Assembly (NCBI GenBank): GCA_040880105.1 | Contig: JBBDJA010000001.1 | Coordinates: forward strand, 130,390 to 194,389 | DNA: 64,000 nucleotides | Direction of reading: 5' to 3' | Origin: Waddliaceae bacterium | Lineage (GTDB): Bacteria; Chlamydiota; Chlamydiia; Chlamydiales; SLOH01 | Shown here: positions 8,866-18,930 of the stretch, one piece after another | Layout of the letters: each line of letters opens with the position of its first letter | How positions within the stretch are numbered: position 1 is the first letter of the stretch | Notes under the pieces: model-generated | What the model was told of the DNA's origin: nothing | Seen by the model: only the letters and a program-made list of their open reading frames with translations | Database searches by the model: none | Translations under genes and position numbers: made by a program

Positions 8866-9704
8866 TGGGCGTAAACGATAGCCTCATCACCGAGCGTCAT
8901 GATAATGGACTGTCTAATAAGAGGTTCGACATTTTCGGGACTTGCCTGCAGGCTCGCAATGCGCTTAAGGGCATATCTTCCGATATTAATCCCATCGCGT
9001 ACTGTGTAATTTTCCCCGTTGGCATGCGATTTCTGTAAAAAATTGACAATATAGTCCATAATTTCATCAGGTGCAAACGGAAGATTTTCTTTCAATATCC
9101 GTCTCTCTTCTTCAGCCTCCGGAAAGTCTAGGTAGATTTGCGGCTGCAAACGACTATGAATATATTCCGGTATTTCATAGGTCGAAGCATCCTCATTCAT
9201 GGTTACGCAAATACGAAAATCGGGATGAGCCGATACTTTTAAGCCGGCAACGATCGACTCAATATAGCGTCTTGCATCTAATAGTGGAGCAAGTGAAGCC
9301 CAAGACTTTTCACTCATCCGATTAGCCTCATCAAGAATGCAGACTCCTCCTTTAATCATTGCAGTCACAAGTGTAGATGCAACATAACGAATACCGCCAG
9401 ACCCATCAACAACGGGTGTAATCAGCAGGTCTTCGGGTCTTGTATCCATTGTGCATTGATAAATGTATACATCTTTATTCAGCCTTTTAGCTGCTGCGTA
9501 TGCAAGAGTTGTTTTACCAACCCCGGGTTTTCCAACAAGTCTTGGATTTAGTGGAATGTCCTCTTTAGAGATGACAAGCCAAGCGGCGAGAAGCTGCTGC
9601 ATTACATCTTCTTGTCCAATCCACTGAAAAGGAAATTCATCGGGGAAGCCAAGGGCGATATCTACACCTTGGATGGTTGTGTGGGTCTCATGTGCGTCCG
9701 GCAT
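8862..9704 (-). CDS. AAA+ ATPase, AAA_5 (CbbQ/NorQ/MoxR-like) type
   Basis: Walker A GKPGVGKTTLA and Walker B CILDEANRM. The compact single-AAA architecture resembles CbbQ/NorQ. Confidence 0.75.
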   Translation of the reverse strand: MPDAHETHTTIQGVDIALGFPDEFPFQWIGQEDVMQQLLAAWLVISKEDIPLNPRLVGKPGVGKTTLAYAAAKRLNKDVYIYQCTMDTRPEDLLITPVVDGSGGIRYVASTLVTAMIKGGVCILDEANRMSEKSWASLAPLLDARRYIESIVAGLKVSAHPDFRICVTMNEDASTYEIPEYIHSRLQPQIYLDFPEAEEERRILKENLPFAPDEIMDYIVNFLQKSHANGENYTVRDGINIGRYALKRIASLQASPENVEPLIRQSIIMTLGDEAIVYAQ

Positions 9705-10429
9705 TACAGTTTCCTTGCTTTTTCAGATCCATACTGTAGCACAGCCGAGGCAATATTTGCACGTGCATTAGGGTAAAGATCTTCAATAGATTCAATGAGT
9801 TGATCTGTCTTCTTCCGCATGGAATTGGCACCGACTGGGCATCTGCACATAATACGCAAAAACCCTTGAATTTTCGCAAACTCTTCAATCTCTCTTTCCG
9901 ATATATAAATCAACGGGCGCAAAACAGTAACGCCGTAATCAACCATATGCAGTTTGGGGAGCTGTCCTGAAAACTCTCCTTTATGCAAAAGATTCATTAG
10001 GACCGTTTGAATATTATCGTCTTTGTGATGCCCGAAAGCGATGTGCTCAGCCCCAACTTCTTTTGCTGCATCAAATAGGAGCTTTCTTCTTTCCCTTGAA
10101 CAGCTGTAACACTCAAGCGTTTCGAGCTTCTGATGAGAAGTCTTCTCAATGAAGTTAATTTCTAAGTCATCGCAGATTTTTTTTAGATACCCGCCTTGAA
10201 TCCCCGCGCCGCAGCTAAAAGCGCCTGAGACGTGAATGGCGTGCAATTGCAAGTCCGGAAATCCTCTTCCCAAAATAGCTTTTAGCATTAATAAGAGGGT
10301 TAAACTGTCTTTTCCACCGCTAAAAGCAACAGCCACACTTTTGGCGTCCTCTAGCATTTGATAGTCAAAGAGTGATTTGCGCACCATGCTTTCTATGCGC
10401 TTTCCTAGTTTTGTCCAAGGAGGTTTCAT
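9704..10429 (-). CDS. PP-loop ATPase, TtcA-like tRNA thiolation enzyme family
   Basis: PP-loop AFSGGKDSLTLL, CYSCSRERRKLL and a C-terminal CRCP cysteine pair. Its TAA stop overlaps the ATG of the AAA+ gene (TAATG at 9702-9706). Confidence 0.7.
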   Translation of the reverse strand: MKPPWTKLGKRIESMVRKSLFDYQMLEDAKSVAVAFSGGKDSLTLLLMLKAILGRGFPDLQLHAIHVSGAFSCGAGIQGGYLKKICDDLEINFIEKTSHQKLETLECYSCSRERRKLLFDAAKEVGAEHIAFGHHKDDNIQTVLMNLLHKGEFSGQLPKLHMVDYGVTVLRPLIYISEREIEEFAKIQGFLRIMCRCPVGANSMRKKTDQLIESIEDLYPNARANIASAVLQYGSEKARKL

Positions 10430-10494
10430 GCTTTTAAATAAATTATAAGTTCAACTATAATAAAGTATTCAAGGATTAATCACTAGGATATCAA

Positions 10495-10782
10495 ATGGAT
10501 AAAAAAGTAGGCAGAAATGACCCATGCCCTTGCGGTTCAGGAAAGAAATACAAGCAGTGCTGCTTAAAGAAGAAACTTCCGGGAGGCGGGCGTAAATTTT
10601 CAGCGAAAATAATTAAATCCGGCGTTTCCCTACACAAGCAAGAGGTTGATCTTATGGAGCGCACCTTCGGGTCAGCCATTCAGGCTGCTGCTCAAGCCGC
10701 ACCTTCATTACCCTCTGAGGATAAAGACTCTGCAGTTGAGGATGCCTCTACAAACCTTGAGGAAGAAGAAAAGAAGCAATAA
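10495..10782 (+). CDS. Small SEC-C motif protein
   Basis: N-terminal [18 protein letters not shown] (SEC-C metal-binding motif), followed by a low-complexity acidic tail. Confidence 0.6.
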   Translation: MDKKVGRNDPCPCGSGKKYKQCCLKKKLPGGGRKFSAKIIKSGVSLHKQEVDLMERTFGSAIQAAAQAAPSLPSEDKDSAVEDASTNLEEEEKKQ

Positions 10783-10787
10783 ATCGC

Positions 10788-10816
10788 TTGTTCGTTATTC
10801 GGAAATCCTGTATAAA
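10788..10816 (+). promoter_or_regulatory. Candidate promoter for the tRNA-Thr/Tyr pair
   Basis: TTGTTC (10788-10793), a 17-nt spacer, then extended -10 TG-TATAAA (10809-10816). It sits about 17 nt upstream of the tRNA. Confidence 0.35.
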
Positions 10817-10832
10817 CTTATACATCAAAGCC

Positions 10833-10905
<73 letters not shown>

Positions 10906-10913
10906 ACCCTTAT

Positions 10914-10996
10914 GGGGGTGTCGCATAGTGGCCAATTGCAAGGGACTGTAACTCCCTCTCCGCAAGGATACGTTGGTTCGAATCCAACCACCCCCA
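10914..10996 (+). tRNA. tRNA-Tyr (anticodon GTA), long variable arm
   Basis: Acceptor GGGGGTG/CACCCCC, anticodon stem AGGGA/TCCCT with loop CTGTAAC, variable arm TCC-GCAA-GGA, T arm GTTGG-TTCGAAT-CCAAC. Confidence 0.9.
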
Positions 10997-11111
10997 AATC
11001 CCTACCATTCTAGAAAAAAGACAGATTAGAAAAGCTGATCATCTATAAGTTCAGAGCAAGAAGTTAACTCTTTTTACTCGGTATGAAGAGTCCCTTCGCT
11101 TGCTTTTACTG

Positions 11112-11552
11112 CTAATTTTTTGTAATCGTTTTCGTGCCTTCAGATACTTGGCCAGTATGATACAACCATTTTCCATTAAGCTTTTCGAAACTACTTTTTT
11201 CTGTAAACGAGATATCTTTATTATTTTGAGACAAATGTGCAACAAAGGTAACGGTCGCAAAGGGGTCTTTGTCTTGGAAATCGAGAATTTCAAGTTTGTT
11301 GAAATCAGTATTTAAACAAAACTCGGAAATCTTTTGAGACCATTTCTTTGTATCATGGATAAAATCAGGGTTTTTAGGATGAGTTGTAGTTATAATATAT
11401 TCTGGTAAGTTAAGTGCATAAGCAGAATATCTAGAACGCATAAGTTTAAGGGCAGTATCCGGCAACTCTCCTTGATGAAAAGGTTTACAACAGACTTTGT
11501 ACACACTTCCTGTTCCGCAGGGGCAAGGCATCTCATCTTTCATATTAGCCAA
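11112..11552 (-). CDS. YchJ-family (UPF0225) SEC-C motif protein
   Basis: N-terminal CPCGTGSVYKVCCKPFH followed by LMRSRYSAY. Size and layout match YchJ. Confidence 0.65.
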   Translation of the reverse strand: MANMKDEMPCPCGTGSVYKVCCKPFHQGELPDTALKLMRSRYSAYALNLPEYIITTTHPKNPDFIHDTKKWSQKISEFCLNTDFNKLEILDFQDKDPFATVTFVAHLSQNNKDISFTEKSSFEKLNGKWLYHTGQVSEGTKTITKN

Positions 11553-11879
11553 CTCTCTTGTATTCAGTTTTTCTTAAAGGAATCTCTAAAAAACTCATAT
11601 CGTACATATAGCCCCTTTTCCAGAAATTCGACAAAAACGCACTCACTAAACTATTTATCTAGTTAAGATCGGTTATTTCTTCGAATTATTGCAAAATTTA
11701 ACAAAACCTGAGCTATTTAGAGGTTCATCAAGCTTACCTCAATTTTCTATATTTCTCAGGTCAAAGTTCTGAAATCGTATATTTGATACTCATAATAGTC
11801 TCTATTTCCTTTTTAATGACGAATTGAAGCTTAGAAATTTCAGATTGCCTGAAACCCGCGTCCATGCTAAATAAAAACT

Positions 11880-12695
11880 ATGGATAAGTATGAAGATCGT
11901 ACCGAAATTGTTCTTGAGAACTTTGGTGAAAAAATTTTTGGGATTTTTCATCTGCCTATTGGCATCAAAAAGCCTCCTTGCGTCATGTTTTGTCATGGTC
12001 TAGCCGGTCATAAAATCGGGGAGCACCGAGTCTATGTCTATTTAGCTGAGCTTCTTTCAAAAGTGGGGATCGCCTCGCTGCGAGTTGATTTTCGGGGATC
12101 CGGTGATTCAGAGGGGGAATTTTCTGAAATGACGTTAGAGGGAGAGGTGAGCGACGCTCTTGTGGCGCTTAACTTTTTAAGAGAATCTCCTTTGGTTGAT
12201 CCTGAGCGTATTGGAATCTATGGACGTTCGTTTGGAGCGGCTGTTGCCATCATAGCGGCAAAACGAATGGGAAATATTCGAAGTATGGCACTCTGGGCGC
12301 CCATTTTTGACGGTCACCAATGGGAATTAGCGTGGGAAATGCAAGAATCAGGAGAGATGGACGCTGTAAAGCGTCGTCAATTAATGATGGTCAATGGTCA
12401 GCTTCCAAGCATTGAATTTTATTCTGAAATTTTCACAATGAATCTAGGTGCGTATATTAAGGAACTTGCACATATTCCTCTTTTACTTATTCATGGAGAA
12501 AAGGATCCCGTTATCAGTATTGAACACTCAGAAAGATATGTAAAAGTTCGAAGTGAAGACCCTTCATCCAAAACTGAATTTATTACTATTCCGCATAGCG
12601 ATCACGATTTTACAAGCCCGGAAGAAAAGGAACTTGTACTCGAGTCAACAACTAAATGGTTTAAAGAGACATTAAATGCAGATGAAGTCCATTGA
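11880..12695 (+). CDS. Alpha/beta-fold serine hydrolase
   Basis: HGLAGH oxyanion region, nucleophile elbow GRSFGA, and a C-terminal HSDHDF block with candidate Asp and His. Confidence 0.7.
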   Translation: MDKYEDRTEIVLENFGEKIFGIFHLPIGIKKPPCVMFCHGLAGHKIGEHRVYVYLAELLSKVGIASLRVDFRGSGDSEGEFSEMTLEGEVSDALVALNFLRESPLVDPERIGIYGRSFGAAVAIIAAKRMGNIRSMALWAPIFDGHQWELAWEMQESGEMDAVKRRQLMMVNGQLPSIEFYSEIFTMNLGAYIKELAHIPLLLIHGEKDPVISIEHSERYVKVRSEDPSSKTEFITIPHSDHDFTSPEEKELVLESTTKWFKETLNADEVH

Positions 12696-14259
12696 AGAGT
12701 ATCGTCTTAAGCAGCAGCCGGAACTGCCCGAAAGTCTACAAAATTTAAAACAGTTGTCTTGGAGTCCATGCGGCACATCCAAATTATCACCTGACTGTGT
12801 AGATATTTTTACCCACCTTAGCGAGCAACACTTTTTAATTCCTACTTTGCGTGATAGCAACAACACCACTCCTTTAAGGATCGGAGCTGTCTTTTCAGGT
12901 GGGCAGGCGGCAGGGGGACATAATGTACTTTCGGGTTTATATGACGCGATAAAGCAGATACACAAAGAGAGTGTTCTCTTTGGCTTTTTAAATGGACCAA
13001 GCGGCATTGTAAATGGAGAATACGAAGAGATTACAGATGAGCAGATTAATCGCTTTCGTAATCTTGGTGGTTTTGACATGATAGGCTCGGGGCGAACAAA
13101 AATTGAAACGCTAGATCAATTTGAAAAAGCGGCAAAAGTTATTCGCTATGCAGACTTAGATGGGCTTGTGATTATTGGCGGGGATGACTCAAATACAAAT
13201 GCGGCGCTACTTGCAGAGTATTTTCTTGATCAGGGAATTAAAACCCGTGTGATTGGTGTCCCGAAAACGATAGATGGGGATCTTAAAAACGCGCATATTC
13301 CCACTTCATTTGGATTCGATACTGCGACAAAGACCTATTCAGCAACGATCGGAAGCATTCTAAGAGATAGTCTATCAGCAAAAAAATATTGGTTTTTCAT
13401 TAAATTAATGGGGCGGTCCGCATCGCATATTGCATGTGAGTGCGCGTTGCAAACGCATCCGAATTTAACATTGATCGGAGAAGAGGTCGATAAAGAGGGC
13501 AGGAGCTTCCAAGATCTAGTTCTGGAAATTGCCGATCTTATTGAACTGCGCGCAAACAAAGGGAAAAACTACGGGGCGATTTTAATACCTGAGGGAATTA
13601 TTGAATTTATCCCTGAATTCAAGAACCTGATTCAAGAGCTTAACCGCAAAGTTGAGCCGCTCTCTTCGAAATCAGATCAATGCTTAACTCATTTGCCGAA
13701 GTTTATTCAAGACCAGTTGTTATTAGATCGCGATCCTCACGGAAATGTAAAGGTGTCACAAATTGAAACAGAACGTCTCTTTATAGAAGCGGTTAAAGAG
13801 GAGCTTGTGAGGCGAGGAAGCGGACATAAGTTTAGTGCCCAGCCTATTTTTTGCGGATATGAGGGCCGCTCTTGTCTTCCATCAATTTTTGATTCCAATT
13901 ATTGCTACGCCTTAGGTCACGTGGCAGCGTCTTTAATTCAAGCCAAACAGACCGGATATATGGCAGCTATTCAAAACGTGCAGGCGCGTGTTAAGGATTG
14001 GGAGATTGCGGGCATCCCTTTAACAAGTATGATTCATATGGAAGAACGTAAAGGGAAAATGAAGCCTGTCATCGAAAAGGCGCTAGTAGAACTGGACGGG
14101 CCGATCTTTGCTCGCCTAGCCTCTCAAAGAGAAAATTGGAAAAGTGACGATGATTACAGGTATCCGGGTCCAATTCAATTTTTTGGTCCTGAGGAACTGA
14201 CACATCAAACCACAATTTCACTGCAATTAACGCCTGCAAAGGTGCTGGAGAAGACATGA
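12676..14259 (+). CDS. pfp: Diphosphate-dependent 6-phosphofructokinase (PPi-PFK)
   Basis: GGDDSNTNAA, PKTIDGDL and KLMGRSASHIA motifs. Its long form is typical of PPi-PFK. The start overlaps the hydrolase stop. Confidence 0.85.
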   Translation: MQMKSIEEYRLKQQPELPESLQNLKQLSWSPCGTSKLSPDCVDIFTHLSEQHFLIPTLRDSNNTTPLRIGAVFSGGQAAGGHNVLSGLYDAIKQIHKESVLFGFLNGPSGIVNGEYEEITDEQINRFRNLGGFDMIGSGRTKIETLDQFEKAAKVIRYADLDGLVIIGGDDSNTNAALLAEYFLDQGIKTRVIGVPKTIDGDLKNAHIPTSFGFDTATKTYSATIGSILRDSLSAKKYWFFIKLMGRSASHIACECALQTHPNLTLIGEEVDKEGRSFQDLVLEIADLIELRANKGKNYGAILIPEGIIEFIPEFKNLIQELNRKVEPLSSKSDQCLTHLPKFIQDQLLLDRDPHGNVKVSQIETERLFIEAVKEELVRRGSGHKFSAQPIFCGYEGRSCLPSIFDSNYCYALGHVAASLIQAKQTGYMAAIQNVQARVKDWEIAGIPLTSMIHMEERKGKMKPVIEKALVELDGPIFARLASQRENWKSDDDYRYPGPIQFFGPEELTHQTTISLQLTPAKVLEKT

Positions 14260-14825
14260 CTCGTATCGGAATATTTATTACCGCAACCCTTGCACTTGTT
14301 AGCGGACTTGCGCTTTGGAATTGGACATCAAACTTATATGAACAGGATACTAAATCTTTGATACACGAAGAGATGAGCCCCTATGTATTTGAAAATGAAG
14401 GGTTCAAGATCATGTTTCCGATGCCTCCTCAAAATGTGAAGGATACGATTGTGGAGCCAGAAACAGAAGAGGTAAAGCACTACAGCACCTATCTCTCTCA
14501 AAACGCAAAAGGAACATTTTTTGTTGTCAATGTCATCAGTTATCCGAACTATGAAGGGGACTTAAAAGATAAGATGAATCAATTACTTGAATTGATGGTA
14601 AAGATGGATCCGCAAAATAGTATCGTAGAGAAAGATCAGCAAGACTTCCAAGGTTACCCCTCAATTCGATACTTGATTAAAGGACCAAATAAATCCATTA
14701 CAGCGCAGGCAATGGAGATTAATGATAAGGTCTACCTTATATCCACAATGAGTTTAAGTAACCAATACGATCCGAACGAATTTGATATTTTTCTCAACTC
14801 GTTTCAATTAATCCCTGAGGAGTAA
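14256..14825 (+). CDS. Hypothetical membrane-anchored protein
   Basis: ATGA overlap with the pfp stop. It has an N-terminal TM/signal-anchor (IGIFITATLALVSGLALW). Confidence 0.55.
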   Translation: MTRIGIFITATLALVSGLALWNWTSNLYEQDTKSLIHEEMSPYVFENEGFKIMFPMPPQNVKDTIVEPETEEVKHYSTYLSQNAKGTFFVVNVISYPNYEGDLKDKMNQLLELMVKMDPQNSIVEKDQQDFQGYPSIRYLIKGPNKSITAQAMEINDKVYLISTMSLSNQYDPNEFDIFLNSFQLIPEE

Positions 14826-14827
14826 CA

Positions 14828-15346
14828 ATGAAACCCATACTATTTCTTTCCCTATTCTTATGCTTTGCTAAGCTTAATGCGCTTTATACAAGTCCCGGGC
14901 TTTTATTTGAAAAAAATGGAGAATGGGTCGGAACCGATCATCTCTATAGAATCCCAACTCAAATGACAGTAAACACAGAGATTATCAAATCCGCAGACCT
15001 TGAACTTCCTATCAATGAGGAAATCATTAACAGCTGGCTCCTTGAAAGTTTAAAAGGTGCAAAGATTGAGTCACCATCAGGACAAATGCCGGATACACCT
15101 ATCCTACAAGCGCTTGTGATGATTCAGATAATACCGAATGGATATGTAGCTTATATGGAACTTAGGCTCTTTGAGTTTGTAGATATTAAGCGCACAACTC
15201 TAGATCCCTCAACTCGATATCAAGCAATCACATGGGAAAATCAAATCTTAATTCCTTTCCCTGCAAGTGAACTTGAAAACCAAATCAAACAAAATATAGA
15301 GAGTTTGGCATCTACATTCATCACCAGATACAACTTGGTTAATTAA
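14828..15346 (+). CDS. Hypothetical secreted protein
   Basis: It starts 2 nt after the previous stop. It has a signal-peptide-like N-terminus (MKPILFLSLFLCFAKLNA). Confidence 0.55.
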   Translation: MKPILFLSLFLCFAKLNALYTSPGLLFEKNGEWVGTDHLYRIPTQMTVNTEIIKSADLELPINEEIINSWLLESLKGAKIESPSGQMPDTPILQALVMIQIIPNGYVAYMELRLFEFVDIKRTTLDPSTRYQAITWENQILIPFPASELENQIKQNIESLASTFITRYNLVN

Positions 15347-17828
15347 GAAGCTTATCCAGTAATGGAATAACGGTCTTTTCAATTTTCTTAAGCGTCGATT
15401 TCTTTTCCTTCTTTTCTTGAGGTATCTCTGACTGCCAAGGTAATGGAGAGGTGGTCGGGGGAGGAGGCGCCTTTTCTCCAAGAGCGCCACTTAGTACATC
15501 TAATGCCATTCCGACTGCAACTCCAACAGGACCGGTTTTTGTCGACGCAATAAGGGTGGCAATTTTTCTGGCTGCCACAGTTGTACTGACGCGTGCGCCA
15601 TCCATACTCCCCGTGATTGGCACCGTGAGCATTGTATCGCCTGCGCCAAAGTCAACACCAATAATACTCTCTAATGCTGCTGCTGATATTCCCAAGGTCA
15701 TTTGTACTGTATTATTCTTTAGGTCAATTGTTCCCCAAAAAGCCATTGGATATTTATTTAGTACGAGCATATCTGTTCGTTGAATAGTAAGTTTGCTGTC
15801 TATCAGAGAAAAGTAAAGAGGAGTCATCCATATGTCGATTGTATCGGGCACATTTTTTAGTAGCAGTTTCAGTACGGCTTGAAGCTCCGTTGTGCGATTA
15901 AATACCATTTTTCCAAGCGTGATACTTCCCTTTCCAATTTGCGTGTTTTCAATAGCAAACGGGTCAATTGGGGCAAAAAAGTCTTGAGGAGATAGGGTTA
16001 ACCGTATCCGCTCGCTTGAAGAGCGCAATCCTTTGAAGAGCACAAAAAAATCAGATAAAACATATTGACCTAGTTGCGGGGTTGCTGTTGTTTCAATGAT
16101 AAAGGGGTCAATAAACTTAAGGTATCCATGCTCAATTTTTCCGTTCAATCGGCAATGTCCGAGTTGCCCTTGTAAACTTCCCTTAATCTCACCTATTGCA
16201 TTGAGTTGAAAGTCTCCTTGGGTTGTCTCACCAAGAGAGAAAAGAACCTTTCGGCACTCTTCTTCATTTAAAGATAGAAGAGAACATAGAATATTGACGG
16301 GGAGATTTTTCCAGCTTGCTTCGTAGCGGGATTCTTTAGCCAAAAGTGTGAAATATGGGTTACTAATCGAGGCATTTTCAAAATCAAAGGAAAACGCTCC
16401 TTGAATGTCTCTTAAAGGGGGGGTGCCTGGCTCAAAGGTGATAGAGGGGATATATAGCTCTCCTCTTTCTTCGTCCCATTGCACCTGTGGAGAATTTAAG
16501 ACAATTTCCGGTGATGTGAAAGTGACTCGGCTAGAAAAAAACGTTTGGTCTTCAAGTGAGAGAGTGCCGCTGGGCATTTGAATGTTTGAGGTTTGCAGCG
16601 ATAGATTATAAAGATTTCCTTTGCTAGCTGTCATAGTGAGCTCTACATTCTCTCCAAGTAAGGGGATAATCTCTTTATCGTGGGTAATTTCGACCCGATT
16701 CAGGTGAAAATATGGGTCGAAACTTGCATTGAGAGCCCAAGGGGAATACTCCTCTTGTAGCGAGACATCGCCGGTGAGTTGCAATATACTGTGGCCGTTG
16801 TCAAGTAGATAGTGTCCATATGTCTCTTTGCACGCCACTTTCCTGTCTCCAACTTGGAGACTTGCCGGCTGAATCGTAACATTGGCTTCAGCGAATGCTT
16901 TCTTCCAATCGATTTCAGGCGAAAGAGGCATTGAGAAAGATTGAAGGTTGAGAGAGCCCCTCGTTTGCGATAACAGTTTTACGCGATCTTTTGCTTGGGG
17001 TTCGATCGTTAAATTGACGACTCCTTCTTTGGAAAGAGTAATCGCGTCGGGGTGAATTGCAAACTCAAGTTTAGCGTTAAGGTTCCTTGAATCAGCTGTT
17101 AAGGCGCAGAGTATCTCATCTTCATTAGACGCTTGCTGTTGAAAATCTATATTGATGGTATTGCCAATCCACTTTGTAGCATTCCCATCCAATTGAAAAT
17201 AGGCATCGAAAATCAAAACCGGAAAATGATTGGCTTTTACATTGACCGAATGAGGTTTGGAGGGGTCAATTTGCAAGTTATCATTTATAAACAAAGATAG
17301 ATCGGCAAGAAAATCTCCTCTTTGTCCTTCAAATTGTGTTTGGCCTATGAAATGCGCGATAAATGGCGCGCCCTTTTGTATCTCAATTTTCCCGTTCACA
17401 TTTTCTAATTGAATGGCGGGGGCTTTCAGTTGAAGGTTTAAATTTTTCACCGACAAAGAAGCCACTTCCCGAAACCCGAAAATCAGTGTATAGAGAGGCC
17501 TGTCGAGTGTGACCTCATCCGCTGTGAGAAAATTTTTGACTTCAAGTCCTTTGATCGTTTGAGGACCAAAAAAGTGAAACTCTGCGCGCTCCCAACTGAC
17601 GTCGTTTGAAAACTCGCTTTGAAGCTGACTTTTTATGAACTGCTGACCCATGTCCGAAGAGAGAAAAGTGGTGAGGAAAGTAATCCCAAGGACTACAATC
17701 GCAAGTAGAGTAATCCCGATGATCCCAAAGAATTTTCTAATATCATTAAATAATTTCATTCTAAAAGTATATATCAATGTGGTTTTAAATTGAATATATC
17801 TACCTGCAAACTTTTTGTCTAAACGCAT
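15339..17828 (-). CDS. Large N-terminally anchored envelope protein (possibly AsmA/TamB-like)
   Basis: One N-terminal TM (FFGIIGITLLAIVVLGITFLTTF), then about 750 aa of beta-rich sequence and a Pro-rich, Lys-rich tail. An alternative start is ATG 17759. Confidence 0.5.
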   Translation of the reverse strand: MRLDKKFAGRYIQFKTTLIYTFRMKLFNDIRKFFGIIGITLLAIVVLGITFLTTFLSSDMGQQFIKSQLQSEFSNDVSWERAEFHFFGPQTIKGLEVKNFLTADEVTLDRPLYTLIFGFREVASLSVKNLNLQLKAPAIQLENVNGKIEIQKGAPFIAHFIGQTQFEGQRGDFLADLSLFINDNLQIDPSKPHSVNVKANHFPVLIFDAYFQLDGNATKWIGNTINIDFQQQASNEDEILCALTADSRNLNAKLEFAIHPDAITLSKEGVVNLTIEPQAKDRVKLLSQTRGSLNLQSFSMPLSPEIDWKKAFAEANVTIQPASLQVGDRKVACKETYGHYLLDNGHSILQLTGDVSLQEEYSPWALNASFDPYFHLNRVEITHDKEIIPLLGENVELTMTASKGNLYNLSLQTSNIQMPSGTLSLEDQTFFSSRVTFTSPEIVLNSPQVQWDEERGELYIPSITFEPGTPPLRDIQGAFSFDFENASISNPYFTLLAKESRYEASWKNLPVNILCSLLSLNEEECRKVLFSLGETTQGDFQLNAIGEIKGSLQGQLGHCRLNGKIEHGYLKFIDPFIIETTATPQLGQYVLSDFFVLFKGLRSSSERIRLTLSPQDFFAPIDPFAIENTQIGKGSITLGKMVFNRTTELQAVLKLLLKNVPDTIDIWMTPLYFSLIDSKLTIQRTDMLVLNKYPMAFWGTIDLKNNTVQMTLGISAAALESIIGVDFGAGDTMLTVPITGSMDGARVSTTVAARKIATLIASTKTGPVGVAVGMALDVLSGALGEKAPPPPTTSPLPWQSEIPQEKKEKKSTLKKIEKTVIPLLDKLLN

Positions 17829-17943
17829 ACCGCCATCGTTTACGAAAAGTCGACTTTATCTCTATCATTTGATAGTATGTCTGCTCAAATATAAACCTTA
17901 AGATTCTTGCCATGATAGAAGAATCTGATGTATAGTTTTTTAT

Positions 17944-18930
17944 ATGAAAGCAAAAATTATCGCAACCGGCTCGTATCTTCCCGAAAAGGTCCTCAGTAAT
18001 GAGGACTTGGAAAAGATCGTTGATACTAATGATGAGTGGATTGTATCACGCACGGGAATGAAAGAGCGTAGAATCGCTCGAATTGATGAGACCCCCTCAG
18101 AGATGGGAGTCATTGCATCAGAGCGCGCGCTTGCCGAAGCGGGAATTTCTTCTGAACAAATTGAAATGATCCTCGTGGGAACCTCGACACCTGACTATAT
18201 CATGCCAAGCACTGCGTCTTTGATTCAGGCAAAACTCAAGTGTAAAAATGCAGCTGCAGTCGATTTGATGGCGGCATGTTCGGGATTTCTATATGCCCTC
18301 AGCGCTGCAAAAGCTTATGTAGAATCGGGAGCTTATACAAACGTTTTGGTTGTTGCGACAGAAAAAATGTCGGCCTTTTTAGACTATCAAGATAGATCCA
18401 CATGCGTACTCTTTGGAGATGGTGCAGCAGCTTGCGTTGTCAGCAATAAAGGTGCCGGGCTCTCAATAAAGCACGTTGACCTCGGGTGTGACGGGACGCT
18501 TTATGAGCTCATCCAAATTCCAGCAGGGGGCTCAAAGAATCCAACAAGTCATGAAACCCTAGATAATCGCCTCCAATATTTCAAAATGCAGGGAAAAGAG
18601 GTCTTTCGCCATGCCGTTCGCCGCATGGATGCAGCGGGGAAGCGATGCCTGGAAAAGGCAAATCTTAAAGTACAAGATCTGGAATGGCTGGTGCCTCATC
18701 AAGCAAACATCAGAATCATGGATGCTCTTGCGAACGCATCAAAAATGCCCCTTGAGAAAATTTATAAAACCATTCACAAATACGGCAACACATCAGCAGC
18801 AAGCATTGCCATTAGCCTCGATGAACTGCTGAAAGACCACAAAATTGAGGAAGGACACCACTTACTTCTCCTCACTTTTGGAGCCGGTTTGACTTGGGGC
18901 GCTGCACTCTTAACGAAGGAGGGAGAGTGA
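17944..18930 (+). CDS. fabH: 3-oxoacyl-ACP synthase III
   Basis: Active-site AACSGF, plus HQANIRI and GNTSAASI motifs. Confidence 0.9.
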   Translation: MKAKIIATGSYLPEKVLSNEDLEKIVDTNDEWIVSRTGMKERRIARIDETPSEMGVIASERALAEAGISSEQIEMILVGTSTPDYIMPSTASLIQAKLKCKNAAAVDLMAACSGFLYALSAAKAYVESGAYTNVLVVATEKMSAFLDYQDRSTCVLFGDGAAACVVSNKGAGLSIKHVDLGCDGTLYELIQIPAGGSKNPTSHETLDNRLQYFKMQGKEVFRHAVRRMDAAGKRCLEKANLKVQDLEWLVPHQANIRIMDALANASKMPLEKIYKTIHKYGNTSAASIAISLDELLKDHKIEEGHHLLLLTFGAGLTWGAALLTKEGE

